Below, piece after piece: positions 19,717 to 29,400 of a stretch of DNA of 64,000 nucleotides (position 1 is its first letter; the number at the start of each line of letters is the position of its first letter). Position numbers and translations under genes: made by a program. The DNA is taken from positions 1,024,001 to 1,088,000 of the forward strand of contig OY969926.1 of the NCBI GenBank assembly GCA_963704645.1. The letters are read 5' to 3'. Below the pieces are notes generated by a model that saw only the letters and a program-made list of their open reading frames with translations, was not told the origin of the DNA and did not search any database. Source of the DNA: an uncultured bacterium. GTDB lineage: Bacteria; Patescibacteriota; JACMRA01.

Positions 19717-20208
19717 TTAAACTTCAACTGCTTTGGTATCAAACAAATAATCTACAATATGCCTTTTACCTTTAGTTGCTAATAAAGGCACAATATACAC
19801 CAAAACAAGAATTGCAACCGCAGGAGCTAAAACCAATTTGGCAATGGTTCTATAAGCCCATCTAGCCGAAGTTAACTCATCACCGTTTGTTCTAACAACT
19901 TTAAGTTTGCTAATTGCATAACCTTTCATTTGTTTATTTTTGGCTATTCTATATACAGGCCAAATTATACCAGTTGCTAACATACCAAATTGAACTGGAG
20001 CATATAGAATAACGTTGGAATTTAAAACCAATCTAAAATATATTGCTGCTAAACCATAAAATATTGCCATACCTGGAACGCAGGCCAAAGCAACTAAGCA
20101 TAGTTCTAAAAAGGTTGCCCCTACCCTAGGGTAATATAAACCATATTTTCTTTTTAAATATCCCTCTTTTTTTACAGGGCTGGAAGTTTGATTATTCTGT
20201 TCATTCAT
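19717..20208 (-). CDS. RDD-family membrane protein
   Basis: RVGATFLE, G...KLKVV, R...RHIVDYLFDT pattern. Confidence 0.75.
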   Translation of the reverse strand: MNEQNNQTSSPVKKEGYLKRKYGLYYPRVGATFLELCLVALACVPGMAIFYGLAAIYFRLVLNSNVILYAPVQFGMLATGIIWPVYRIAKNKQMKGYAISKLKVVRTNGDELTSARWAYRTIAKLVLAPAVAILVLVYIVPLLATKGKRHIVDYLFDTKAVEV

Positions 20209-20427
20209 ATAAATAAATTGTATTTTTAAAGTTATTAAACATCTTTAATTTGTCCACAAAAATTTATGTTCATAGTTTGGACTGTGTGCTTTGGAATGGG
20301 GAAAGGTGGTTGTTTGATGTTTGGGTAATTATGACTTTTTAAGTTTAGCGAAATTGGTTTTAAAATAAAACTAGGCAAAAATTAAAGCCGTTTTAGAACG
20401 GCATTTTGTTATAAATTTATTTGTGGG

Positions 20428-20730
20428 TCAAAAAAGTAATATAGCCCTAACAATCATGTCTCCAACAGTTTCGGAATCCTCAAATTCTAATGCTGCTTCA
20501 AGCAACTCCACCATTGTACTATAATCATTATTGTGTTTCAAATAACTAATTATTGAGGTTGCCAAGCTATCTGGTGTACTGTTCCAATTAACATGTCTTA
20601 CAAGAGTACAAGCATCATTTTTTCTTAATATATCAACGATTTTATGCAAACCATTGTATACATTTACCATGATCTTGGATTCAGCTAAAACCAATTTAGC
20701 AATAATTTCCTTTCTTTCCGTACTTTCCAC
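20428..20730 (-). CDS. Orphan hypothetical protein (cassette type)
   Basis: GTG after AAGGG; upstream TTGATA; hairpin GCCGTT...AACGGC downstream. Confidence 0.65.
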   Translation of the reverse strand: MESTERKEIIAKLVLAESKIMVNVYNGLHKIVDILRKNDACTLVRHVNWNSTPDSLATSIISYLKHNNDYSTMVELLEAALEFEDSETVGDMIVRAILLF

Positions 20731-20902
20731 AGTAAAATCCCTTAAACAGTAAATTAACTATTATAATCTTGCACATAAATTATGTTTTATCAAGAGTGTT
20801 AGAGGGATTTTAATTTTGGGGTGGAAATGGCTAATGGTGTTTTAATTAAATTTAAAAGTTGGTGTTCAAAGTATATGGTTTTAAATAAATTTTTTGAAAA
20901 TT

Positions 20903-20951
20903 AAAAAGCCACCCTACCTTAAACTTTTGAAGTTGTTTGGTAATTTGGGTG
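20903..20951 (-). terminator. Long structured terminator shared with 58324-58372
   Basis: CACCC..TACC..AACTT-loop-AAGTT..GGTA-GGGTG plus T-run; 48/49 identical to the 58324 copy. Confidence 0.85.
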
Positions 20952-20969
20952 ACTTATCTTAACAATAAA

Positions 20970-21380
20970 TTATTCCATAGGGGTAATAATTAAGTTTTCA
21001 ATTTCAACATTTGCAGCACAACCCCAGCTGGAAGCACCAGTTTCACCGAAGCTACTAACACTAATTTTTGCAGTTGTTTTACTGGTTAAAGTTATCAACC
21101 CAATTGTGTAGGCTTGCCCATCAACATCATCCAAGTAATGACCACTGTATAGTAAATCAAACCGAGCTTCACCATCGGAAGATATTCTACCATCGTTTGG
21201 TTCAGTGCTGGCTTGTCTAAACCAGTTTTGATAAAGCTTCAACTTGATGGTTTTACTTTTAAATTTTTTTACCTTACCTCTTGCATCAGAAACAAATACT
21301 GTAAGATTAGTTAAAACTAACTTTTTAGCTTCAAACTTTAAATCGAATTCTAAGCAACTTCTTTGAGGAACTGAAATCAT
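20970..21380 (-). CDS. Orphan beta-rich protein, probable remote paralog of 57903-58307
   Basis: 136 aa; AGGAGA upstream; both flanks shared with the 57903 cassette. Confidence 0.7.
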   Translation of the reverse strand: MISVPQRSCLEFDLKFEAKKLVLTNLTVFVSDARGKVKKFKSKTIKLKLYQNWFRQASTEPNDGRISSDGEARFDLLYSGHYLDDVDGQAYTIGLITLTSKTTAKISVSSFGETGASSWGCAANVEIENLIITPME

Positions 21381-21515
21381 TATTTTCTTATTCTCCTAGT
21401 AAATTTTTACCGAATTGGTATAATTAGTTGATAGCACAAAAAATGGGTTATATCAAGGGTGTTAGCCAGGGTTTGACTTTGGCGTGGGAATGGTGGAGGG
21501 TATTTATATATTAAT

Positions 21516-22579
21516 ATGCCCCAACTTGAAACTAGACTAATATCTACCATAAAAAACTTACTGGATCAGGCAAGAAAGCAAGTATTTCAAACTGTAAATA
21601 CAACTATGGTTAAAACCTATTTTGAAATAGGTAAAACTATTATAGAAGATGAACAAAATGGTGAAAATAGAGCCCAGTATGGAAAGGAAATTTTGAAGAA
21701 TTTAAGTGTGGAATTAACAAAAGAATATGGGAAAGGTTTTTCTGTAGATAATTTAGAAAATATGAGAAGGTTTTATCTTGCTTATGAAAAATCCGAAACA
21801 CTGTCTCGGAAATCTCAAAAAGATCAGATAGTGTCAGGCGAATTCTTAGAACCCGAAACGTCGTCTTCTAAATTTGCAGATTTCAAACTTTCATGGTCAC
21901 ACTATCTTATTTTAACCAGAATGGATAGTCTTGAAAGGGCTTTCTATGAAAAAGAAATTGGTTTAGGAAATTGGTCAGTTCGTGAATTTCAAAGACAAAT
22001 TGATTCGAGTTTATTTGAAAGAGTAACACTTAGTAGAAACAAAACAGCAGTATTGCAAGAAAGTCTGCAAAAATATCATCAGCCAGAAAGTTCAAAAGAC
22101 ATAATAAAAGACCCGATGGTTTCGAGTTTTTGGGGCTAGAAGAAAAAACTGAGTATTCGGAAAATGAACTTGAAACAGCAATAATTAGTAAAATTGAACA
22201 TTTTTTGCTAGAAATTGGAAAAGGTTTTGCCTTTGTAGGCAGACAGCAAAGATTTACTTTTGAAGAGGAGCATTTCTTTGTAGACTTGGTTTTTTATAAT
22301 CGGCTTTTGAAGTGCTTTGTTTTGGTAGATTTGAAAATTGGGAAGCTTAAACACCAAGATTTAGGGCAAATGCAAATGTATGTAAATTATTACAATAAGT
22401 TTGTAAAAACTGAAGACGAAAACCCAACGGTGGGAATTGTGCTTTGCAAAGATAAAAAAGACAGTATGGTAGAAATTACCTTGCCAGAAAACAGCCAAAT
22501 TTTTGCAAGCAAATATATGCTTTATCTACCAAACAAAGAAGAGCTGAAAAGGCAGATTGAGGATAGTAGTTGGCATTAA
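21516..22579 (+). pseudogene. YhcG/DUF1016 PD-(D/E)XK nuclease, split by a 1-nt deletion near 22120
   Basis: LSWSHY, WSVREF, KDP...EFLGL, FAFVGRQ, VDLVFYNRLLKC; adding one T in GTTTCGAG fuses the two ORFs. Confidence 0.85.
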
Positions 22580-22901
22580 TAAATTTTCACTTAGATTTTA
22601 GAAAATAGGTTTAACAAGAAAATCTTTTGAACAAAAATTAGCCGAAATCTAGGTTTTGACTTTGGGGTGGTTGTAATATGAATCTCATATAAACTCCTAT
22701 TATATCCTAGAAAATATGTGTTAAATTAAAACCATAGAATTGGCCGCCAAAAAACTTATGAATATGAATAAAATTGCAAGGGTTGGAGAAGGCAGGGAAG
22801 GCAGGCGTGGGGTTGAAAATGTGTAGGTGTAAATTGTATAATTACTTAGCAATTTGGGTTTGACTTTGGGGTGGAAATGGTGGAGGGTTTTTTAATTAAA
22901 T

Positions 22902-24758
22902 TTAATCTTGGACTTCGAAACAATTTATGAGACTTAAAAGAATAACAAAAACCGACCAAAACCGATATGTTAATTTGAAGCTTCCAGCACTAAAATATTT
23001 TAGATCATAGCCGTGTGCTAATATATTTCTATATCCGTCATTACTATTAAAAAGATAAGCATTGATAAACTGTATAAATCCTTTTATTTCTAAATCGCCA
23101 ACATAATTATCTGAAAAATCTTTAGCATTTTTTTCTATTTCATTAAGCATATTATCAGTTCCTACAAATTTTGTTTTATTATCTTGAATGTTAAAAAAAC
23201 TATTTTTGGTTGAAACACTAAAAAGTATTCTTATAAGAATTTCAATTTTGCTCATAAGACTTTCAGCAAATACAGAGTTTCTAAATATCAACTTATCAAT
23301 TTCGTTTTTGTTTAAGTTTCCTGCCTCTAAAAAAGAATCTTTCAGAGTATTGAACTCTTCAAATAACATTTTAGAAACTTCTGGTAAATTTATGTATCTC
23401 TCACCAAAATCTTTAAATTTCAAAATATTCTCCAACCTTGATGATATTAATTCATCGAATTCGTCTGGGTTAAGTTTTTGAATAATAAATTCGAATATTA
23501 AATCTAGCGTAAATGAATTATTTGTAAATAAATTCTCATTATAAAAATTATTACCCACATAACTAGTACCCTTATTATCTAAATTTAATTTAGTGAAAAG
23601 GTTTGTAAACGAATTGTGTTCAGACTCAATATTTGAATAATAATTTATTGATATGAAATATCTTGAAGCTATTGTTATTCTTACAAACAATGGGCTGGAT
23701 TTAATTTTTTCAAAGTACTCACGAAATGCTACTACAGTTTTAGTCATATCAACTGAAATAGGCTGCATGGTGCTTCTTGCTATTTTACTATTTTCTTCCT
23801 CCAATGAAACAATTTTTTTATTAAATTCATGTAAGTCTTGCTTAGAATAATTATTATTTTTATTTAACAATAACTTGGATTTACTAATAATCTGGCTGGC
23901 CAGTGCCCAATTAAAATCATCTCTCTTGAAATAGCCTTCCAAACGATTCAAAATAATTTCCATTAGGTCTCTATGCCAATTTAAAAATTCAGGTTTACTA
24001 GGTACATTAGATATCAAATCTAGTAATCTTGAAAAAGATTGATCTTCCAAATATAACTTTGAAGCTAGGTTGCATATTTTTGAATATACCAATTCTAGTT
24101 CGATTGTTTCAATCCATTTATATTTTTTTATTAAAAATTCTGATATTATCAGACTGAAAAGATTGACAGATTCAAATGGTGTTTTATATAATTCAAAAAT
24201 TAAATTCTTTGTCGAATTATAATCAATTTTATTTTTAACTACATCTTCAAGGAAATAATCCAAAATAATCCAAAACTTTTTTAAATTGGGAGCATTACCT
24301 ACCATTAATTCACTCCAGAATACATTATATTTTTCTAAAATATTTTCTTTAAAGTCTTTATATTCCTTCCCCAATCCTTCTTTTCCACTTTTTTTTCCAT
24401 GATTTTTAATTATATAAATTTCATTTAACAAGTTTAAATACTCAATTTGAAAAGCAATTGGCAAGTTATATACTTGGCTTAAGTTTTCATTTAAAAAAGT
24501 ATATGTATCTTCAAAACTTAAAAAGTTATCTGCATTGTTGTTTTGAGTTTCAAAATAAGTTCTTAAACCACCATTCCAATATCCACTAATATTAATTAAT
24601 TTAAGAAATATTTCCACATCTTTTCTATTATTTTCTTCTTGCAGTTGTACTTTATCTAAATGAAAAATTGCCATTCTAAAATCATTGTCTACAGGATCAT
24701 ATTCATTTCCATAGTTTTTCAGTATAAATTCTATAAATTTTTTATCTTTTAAAAACAT
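22902..24758 (-). CDS. Large protein with C-terminal HEPN-like (DUF4209-like) motif, possible defence RNase
   Basis: YRNILAHG (R-x4-H) near the C-terminus preceded by IEILIR; very AT-rich. Confidence 0.6.
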   Translation of the reverse strand: MFLKDKKFIEFILKNYGNEYDPVDNDFRMAIFHLDKVQLQEENNRKDVEIFLKLINISGYWNGGLRTYFETQNNNADNFLSFEDTYTFLNENLSQVYNLPIAFQIEYLNLLNEIYIIKNHGKKSGKEGLGKEYKDFKENILEKYNVFWSELMVGNAPNLKKFWIILDYFLEDVVKNKIDYNSTKNLIFELYKTPFESVNLFSLIISEFLIKKYKWIETIELELVYSKICNLASKLYLEDQSFSRLLDLISNVPSKPEFLNWHRDLMEIILNRLEGYFKRDDFNWALASQIISKSKLLLNKNNNYSKQDLHEFNKKIVSLEEENSKIARSTMQPISVDMTKTVVAFREYFEKIKSSPLFVRITIASRYFISINYYSNIESEHNSFTNLFTKLNLDNKGTSYVGNNFYNENLFTNNSFTLDLIFEFIIQKLNPDEFDELISSRLENILKFKDFGERYINLPEVSKMLFEEFNTLKDSFLEAGNLNKNEIDKLIFRNSVFAESLMSKIEILIRILFSVSTKNSFFNIQDNKTKFVGTDNMLNEIEKNAKDFSDNYVGDLEIKGFIQFINAYLFNSNDGYRNILAHGYDLKYFSAGSFKLTYRFWSVFVILLSLINCFEVQD

Positions 24759-24760
24759 AA

Positions 24761-25111
24761 TTATTTTGCTTGGTTTTTTATTATTTCACTAAATATTTCA
24801 TTAGGTGGATTTTTTCCAACAATGGGAAATAGGTTTGCAACAATTACATCACCTCGTATAATGGTTTTTGTGACATTTACAGGACCTGTACCGTTATGTA
24901 CAACATTACCCTTACCGATATTATTTTGCTCAGTTTTTGAATTAAAAATGATTAATGAGTCTATTTTGTTAACAATATTACTTTCACTTGCCTTAATACT
25001 TTTTTTATTTAAATACCAAGTAAAAAATATTGAAATAAGATTAAGCATGCCAACTATAAAGACAGGAACTGTAGCAATAACAAGTGGTTGATTTAAAAAA
25101 TTTGTTATCAT
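24761..25111 (-). CDS. Single-TM hypothetical protein coupled to the HEPN-like gene
   Basis: 116 aa; stop lies 2 nt before the next ATG. Confidence 0.6.
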   Translation of the reverse strand: MITNFLNQPLVIATVPVFIVGMLNLISIFFTWYLNKKSIKASESNIVNKIDSLIIFNSKTEQNNIGKGNVVHNGTGPVNVTKTIIRGDVIVANLFPIVGKNPPNEIFSEIIKNQAK

Positions 25112-25223
25112 CTCTTTTATATAAATACTTTATAGACTAGTAGTATTTTAGACCAATATTTTGTCAAAGATAATTTTAGCAATCATAACGGGTTTTGTTC
25201 TATATGTCTTAATCCTTTTTCAA

Positions 25224-25541
25224 TTAAACTAAATCTAATAAATTGATGATTTCTTCTAAACTATTCTGATCTAATTCTTTAATAGATAAAATTGATTCCA
25301 GCGATTCAAATATCCAAGCAAATTTTAGAGGATTGTTTGTTTCCATAAATTTAACAATTGATACTTTATCAACTGTATTAATTCCAAGAGTGGTTTTAAT
25401 TTTCTCTATAAAATCAATATAGTTTTCTACTTTATCAGGCCAATCATTTATAGCTTGATCAATGTTTTTTCTTATTTTTTCAATTTCAGTTTGAGTTAAT
25501 TTTGTAAGCATATTTATAGACTTATAAATTCCATTTATCAA
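25224..25541 (-). CDS. Small hypothetical protein, possible orphan immunity protein
   Basis: Position in the array downstream of the toxin. Confidence 0.5.
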   Translation of the reverse strand: MINGIYKSINMLTKLTQTEIEKIRKNIDQAINDWPDKVENYIDFIEKIKTTLGINTVDKVSIVKFMETNNPLKFAWIFESLESILSIKELDQNSLEEIINLLDLV

Positions 25542-25548
25542 TAAACTA

Positions 25549-25824
25549 TTATAAATCTTTAAACATTTCTTTACTCAAAAAAACAATTTCGTACTTAAAT
25601 TCTTCTTTATTTTTGTAGTTATTTAATATTTTCAATAGCTCAGACTTACTCTCCTCAACTAATTTATTCCACACTTTAACTCTTATGATTAATGTTGAAA
25701 GATCAATTATATCAATATTTTCTACTCTTCCATCAGTAATGGAAAATATATCTACACCTAATATAGGTTCACTGGATTGTTTTATTGAATTGTATAATTC
25801 TTGGTAATTTAATCTCCATTCCAA
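25549..25824 (-). CDS. Imm40-like immunity protein, possibly 5'-truncated
   Basis: W...PILGVD resembles the Imm40 W...ILGGD pattern; in-frame TGA just upstream. Confidence 0.4.
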   Translation of the reverse strand: MEWRLNYQELYNSIKQSSEPILGVDIFSITDGRVENIDIIDLSTLIIRVKVWNKLVEESKSELLKILNNYKNKEEFKYEIVFLSKEMFKDL

Positions 25825-25851
25825 AAAATTATTTATTCATGCATTTTTAAG

Positions 25852-26199
25852 CTAATTTATATAACTTATTTTATTAATTATAATACTTTCACTATTTGTA
25901 AATGAAATAACAATCTCATCCTCAGCAAATGACCTTATTGTTAAGAAATTATCAGAGATATCTAAACTTGAAATTGTAAAATGAAATCTTGGATCTGTTT
26001 CTTTATTAAAACTATTTTTAAAAGATTCAATCTTATACGGGGCTTTAATAATTATTTCGTAATCTATGTTTTCATCCCAGTAGAATAATATTCCTATTTT
26101 GATTTCAGATAAAAAATGCTCTGTATTCAATTTTTCTATCCTACTCTCAGTAAAGTTTATTTTAGATAGTTCTTCTTTTTTTATTGTGGTTATGTTCAT
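25852..26199 (-). CDS. Small hypothetical protein, possible immunity protein
   Basis: 4-nt overlap with the CPCC gene; toxin-downstream position. Confidence 0.55.
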   Translation of the reverse strand: MNITTIKKEELSKINFTESRIEKLNTEHFLSEIKIGILFYWDENIDYEIIIKAPYKIESFKNSFNKETDPRFHFTISSLDISDNFLTIRSFAEDEIVISFTNSESIIINKISYIN

Positions 26200-26483
26200 T
26201 TTATTGCATTATAAACATTATTATCAATATCAATTTTCTCGAGGTTTTTTATTTGTTCATTAGCTTTCCAAATAGCTGGTATTCTTTCTTTCTTTTTAAA
26301 AATCATACCATTATTTATCCAAGCTTTTCTAAGTGAAATAATTTTTTGCATGTCAGAATTTAATAAATGGTATCCAAATTCTGTACCGCAGCAAGGACAT
26401 ATTTCAAAAGATCCACATGAAAATTTATCAAAGGGTGGTTCAAATAATTTATCAAAACCGCAAATTGGGCAAATGTAATTCAT
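26196..26483 (-). CDS. CPCC-type cysteine-rich protein, putative cognate immunity protein
   Basis: YICPICGF...FEICPCCGTEFGY...RKAW; starts 2 nt after the toxin stop. Confidence 0.8.
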   Translation of the reverse strand: MNYICPICGFDKLFEPPFDKFSCGSFEICPCCGTEFGYHLLNSDMQKIISLRKAWINNGMIFKKKERIPAIWKANEQIKNLEKIDIDNNVYNAIK

Positions 26484-26485
26484 AG

Positions 26486-29400
26486 TTATTGTTTGTTGTA
26501 GTAATCTAAGTTAGTTGGCTCTCCATGAATTGCAGGATTTGGCTTATAGTATGTTCTTATTATTCCACTACTAGTCACCACACCAAATTCATTAGTTGAT
26601 GGATTAAACTTTACTATGTCGCCATTAATTCTAGTTTTCGAAAGTATGCTTGAATTGTCACTATTCATAAACGATTTTGCCAAAGCTTGGTATTGGGATG
26701 AGGATTTTGCACCAAAGTCTGCACCATGATCATTGTAGTGAGATTCTAGTGTGTTTTCATTAGCAAATCCCGTTGCACAATCTACATCCGCCCTAACCGA
26801 CACAACCCCAAACACAAATCCAAGAATAAGATCAGCAGCCGAAGCCTTCCCCAACAAACAACCACCCTTAGGTTCCTCAGAGTTTTTAGGTTTTGTTTTA
26901 GTGTCGTCAACCCCGTTCTTAACATTATCCAAATCATCCATTGCTTTGTTAAGTGCATTGGCCGCATCGTCCATGTTTGGCAAGGTTGGGTTTTTGTTTA
27001 AGTTGTCTGTGGCTTTACTTAAGTCATCTACAATTTTAGAAATGTCGTCTGTTACTTTGGCTAGGTCGTCTACTGTGCCAGCTACTTTAGAAACATCATC
27101 TAATACAGAACTAGATTTAGATATGGACGATGCTCCTTTAGATATTGCCCCTACACCAGCTGCTAAGGCTTCCCCTGTAAGAACTTGTCCTGCAAAGTAG
27201 CCTATACAAGTGGCAGGGTTTGGATCTGTTGTTCCACAAAAGTTTTGAGCTAGGTTTTGGTTAAACTTATCAGGGTCAAAGCTTAGTGATGGTGGGTTAA
27301 AGGAAATATTAGTTGCACTAACTGCAGCCGAAACCGTGTTAATTGTGGCTCCAATTATTGCTCCTGTAATAATAGTTGTGGCTATTGCTCCTGCTGTTCC
27401 ACCAATACCTACAACAGCAAGGCCTGCCCCTACTGCACCTGCTACAAAAGGTGCTGCTACAATGGTTAGAGCTACTACACCTACTACTAGGGCAATTTTA
27501 CCAATTCCACTTAAATAGTCTCCGTTTTTAAAGTCATCTATTATACCTGTGGTAAAGTCTGCTATACCTGTTACCACGCTTGCAGCTCCGTTAATTACAC
27601 CTTTAGTAAAACAATTGTCTCCGCTGAATATGTTAAAGTCGTTGTTGTATTTATTCTTTTCTGCTTCGGCGGTTGCTTTTGCTTGTTGGGCTTCTATCTC
27701 GGCTTTTTGTTTTTCATAGTCAGCTACGGCTTGTTTGTAATTATCTATACTATCTTGGTATGCTGTTTTAATATTAGCTATTTCGTCATTGGTTAAAAGA
27801 GAAGTATCGCAAGTTTTGTTGGCTGGAGTTGGACCTACAAAATTAGTTTCTTTTCTTAGTCTGTTAAGTTCGTTTGCTTGAACACAACTACTAGCTTCAC
27901 TTTTAGCTTTGGCCTGTGTTTGAAGTTCATCATTAACTTGAGATTGAATTAAGTTTGGTTCGTATACATTACAAGATTTACTAAAGCCTAAGTCTGGCAA
28001 TGGGGAATTTGGATCTGTAAGGTTTTTAACATAATCTTTTATGGTAGATTTTTGAGAATCACTTAAATTACACTCCCCGCTTCTTGGTGGACGAACAGGG
28101 GTGGTAATAGATTTACAAGTATTACCAGAAGTATTTGTTGCCCTGTCTGCTAAATTAGAACAGAAGGTGAAGGTGTTTTCCCAGTCGGAATCGTTATGAA
28201 CACTAAGGGTTTTTACTGTGGAAGTTTTGTTTCCCTGCTTTCCAATATTTCCAACCAAATTAGAAGTTGTGTAACTTTCCCCCGATACATTTCCAGAAAT
28301 TGTGTATGGCTCTTGTTTGTAAACAAAGTTTAAAGAGAGGTTTAGATTTGGATTATTTGGAGTTAAGGTGTCTCTTTCAATTTGGAAACATTTTAAACCA
28401 ATTTCATTGTCTGCAGAATCTGCAGAGTTGTAACATATTTGGTATATTCCGTCTTCCGCAAGGCCTGCCGCTCCGTCTTTGTCTGCAGTTTTGCTGCCTA
28501 AAGTAAAAGATACAGTATGCTTTTGGTTAGTGGCATTAATGAAAGTTTTAGATTGGTTAGAAACCAAATTTCCTACATTATCTAACAAGAAATATTCCAC
28601 ATCTGCTTGTTGCTCGGTAATACCTTCCAAAGTTAAATCTAGTTGATTTGTAACTACTGGAAGATTACCTCGGCCATCGGCGTAAAACTTTGGTGCTCCG
28701 TCGGTTTGGAAGTCTATTAAAGGATTAAATTTATTGGAGAGAGCGTTCTGAATAGAAAAGAATTGAGGAACAGTTTTGTCGTATTCCAACAAATATTGGC
28801 GAGTGTGTTCGCTTCTGTTGCCAGATTTATCTTCGTTACGCCACTGGACCAAATAGACACCTTCAGCTTTAGAGCTTGCCCCTGGCTTAGTACCTTGGGT
28901 AGAAGTATTCAAGGTTCCTGCTTTTAACAAAGTTTGATAAAGTTCTTCAAATTTAACTTGAATAGCAAACAAACAATGGGTTTTATTTTGAACTACAGTT
29001 CCGTCTGCGGCTATAGTTTCTTGGTTTTCTACCAAATTTCCATTAACCTTAGATTGTTCGGAACACCCGTTATTAACAACTTCAACAGCTACAATGTCGG
29101 TGTTATTTATACTTAGAATTGGATGAGTATCTTTTTCGGCAAACCCATAGAAAAATACAGAATCATCTTTTAAAACATAGTTTTTCTGGTTGTCTATTTG
29201 AAGAAGTCTATTGTTAGCAGGTCTAAAATATGAAGGTTCAATGTAGGCAGGTTGAGCAAAAATTCTTCTTTCAAAACCAGTTAAATTTCCCCATAAAGAA
29301 AAGTCTTGGGTTGGGGCATTAGGACCAACATTGTCTATAATATAGTCTTTGGTAGTTTGGGTAATATTTCCAGCAAGGTCGGCAATTTCAACTTCAACTT

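Larger units (their letters stand above)
20789..22905. repeat. Locally repeated ~50-bp intergenic motif; copies at about 20789-20855, 21451-21515, 22652-22670, 22856-22905
   Basis: Consensus GTTTGACTTTGGGGTGGAAATGGTGGAGGGTTTTTTAATTAAATTTAA; all copies in the same orientation between genes. Confidence 0.75.

Noticed and set aside
20287-22905. Integron with attC sites
   Set aside because: Repeats lack the RYYYAAC/GTTRRRY inverted core structure and no integrase is present
25825-25845. TGA read as Gly (genetic code 25)
   Set aside because: Gly-rich core genes (tuf, murC, map) have no in-frame TGA, and TGA ends several ORFs
26789-26870. Pretoxin Hint/intein domain
   Set aside because: Only ~25 aa between the Cys and the toxin tip; no HN-C terminal motif
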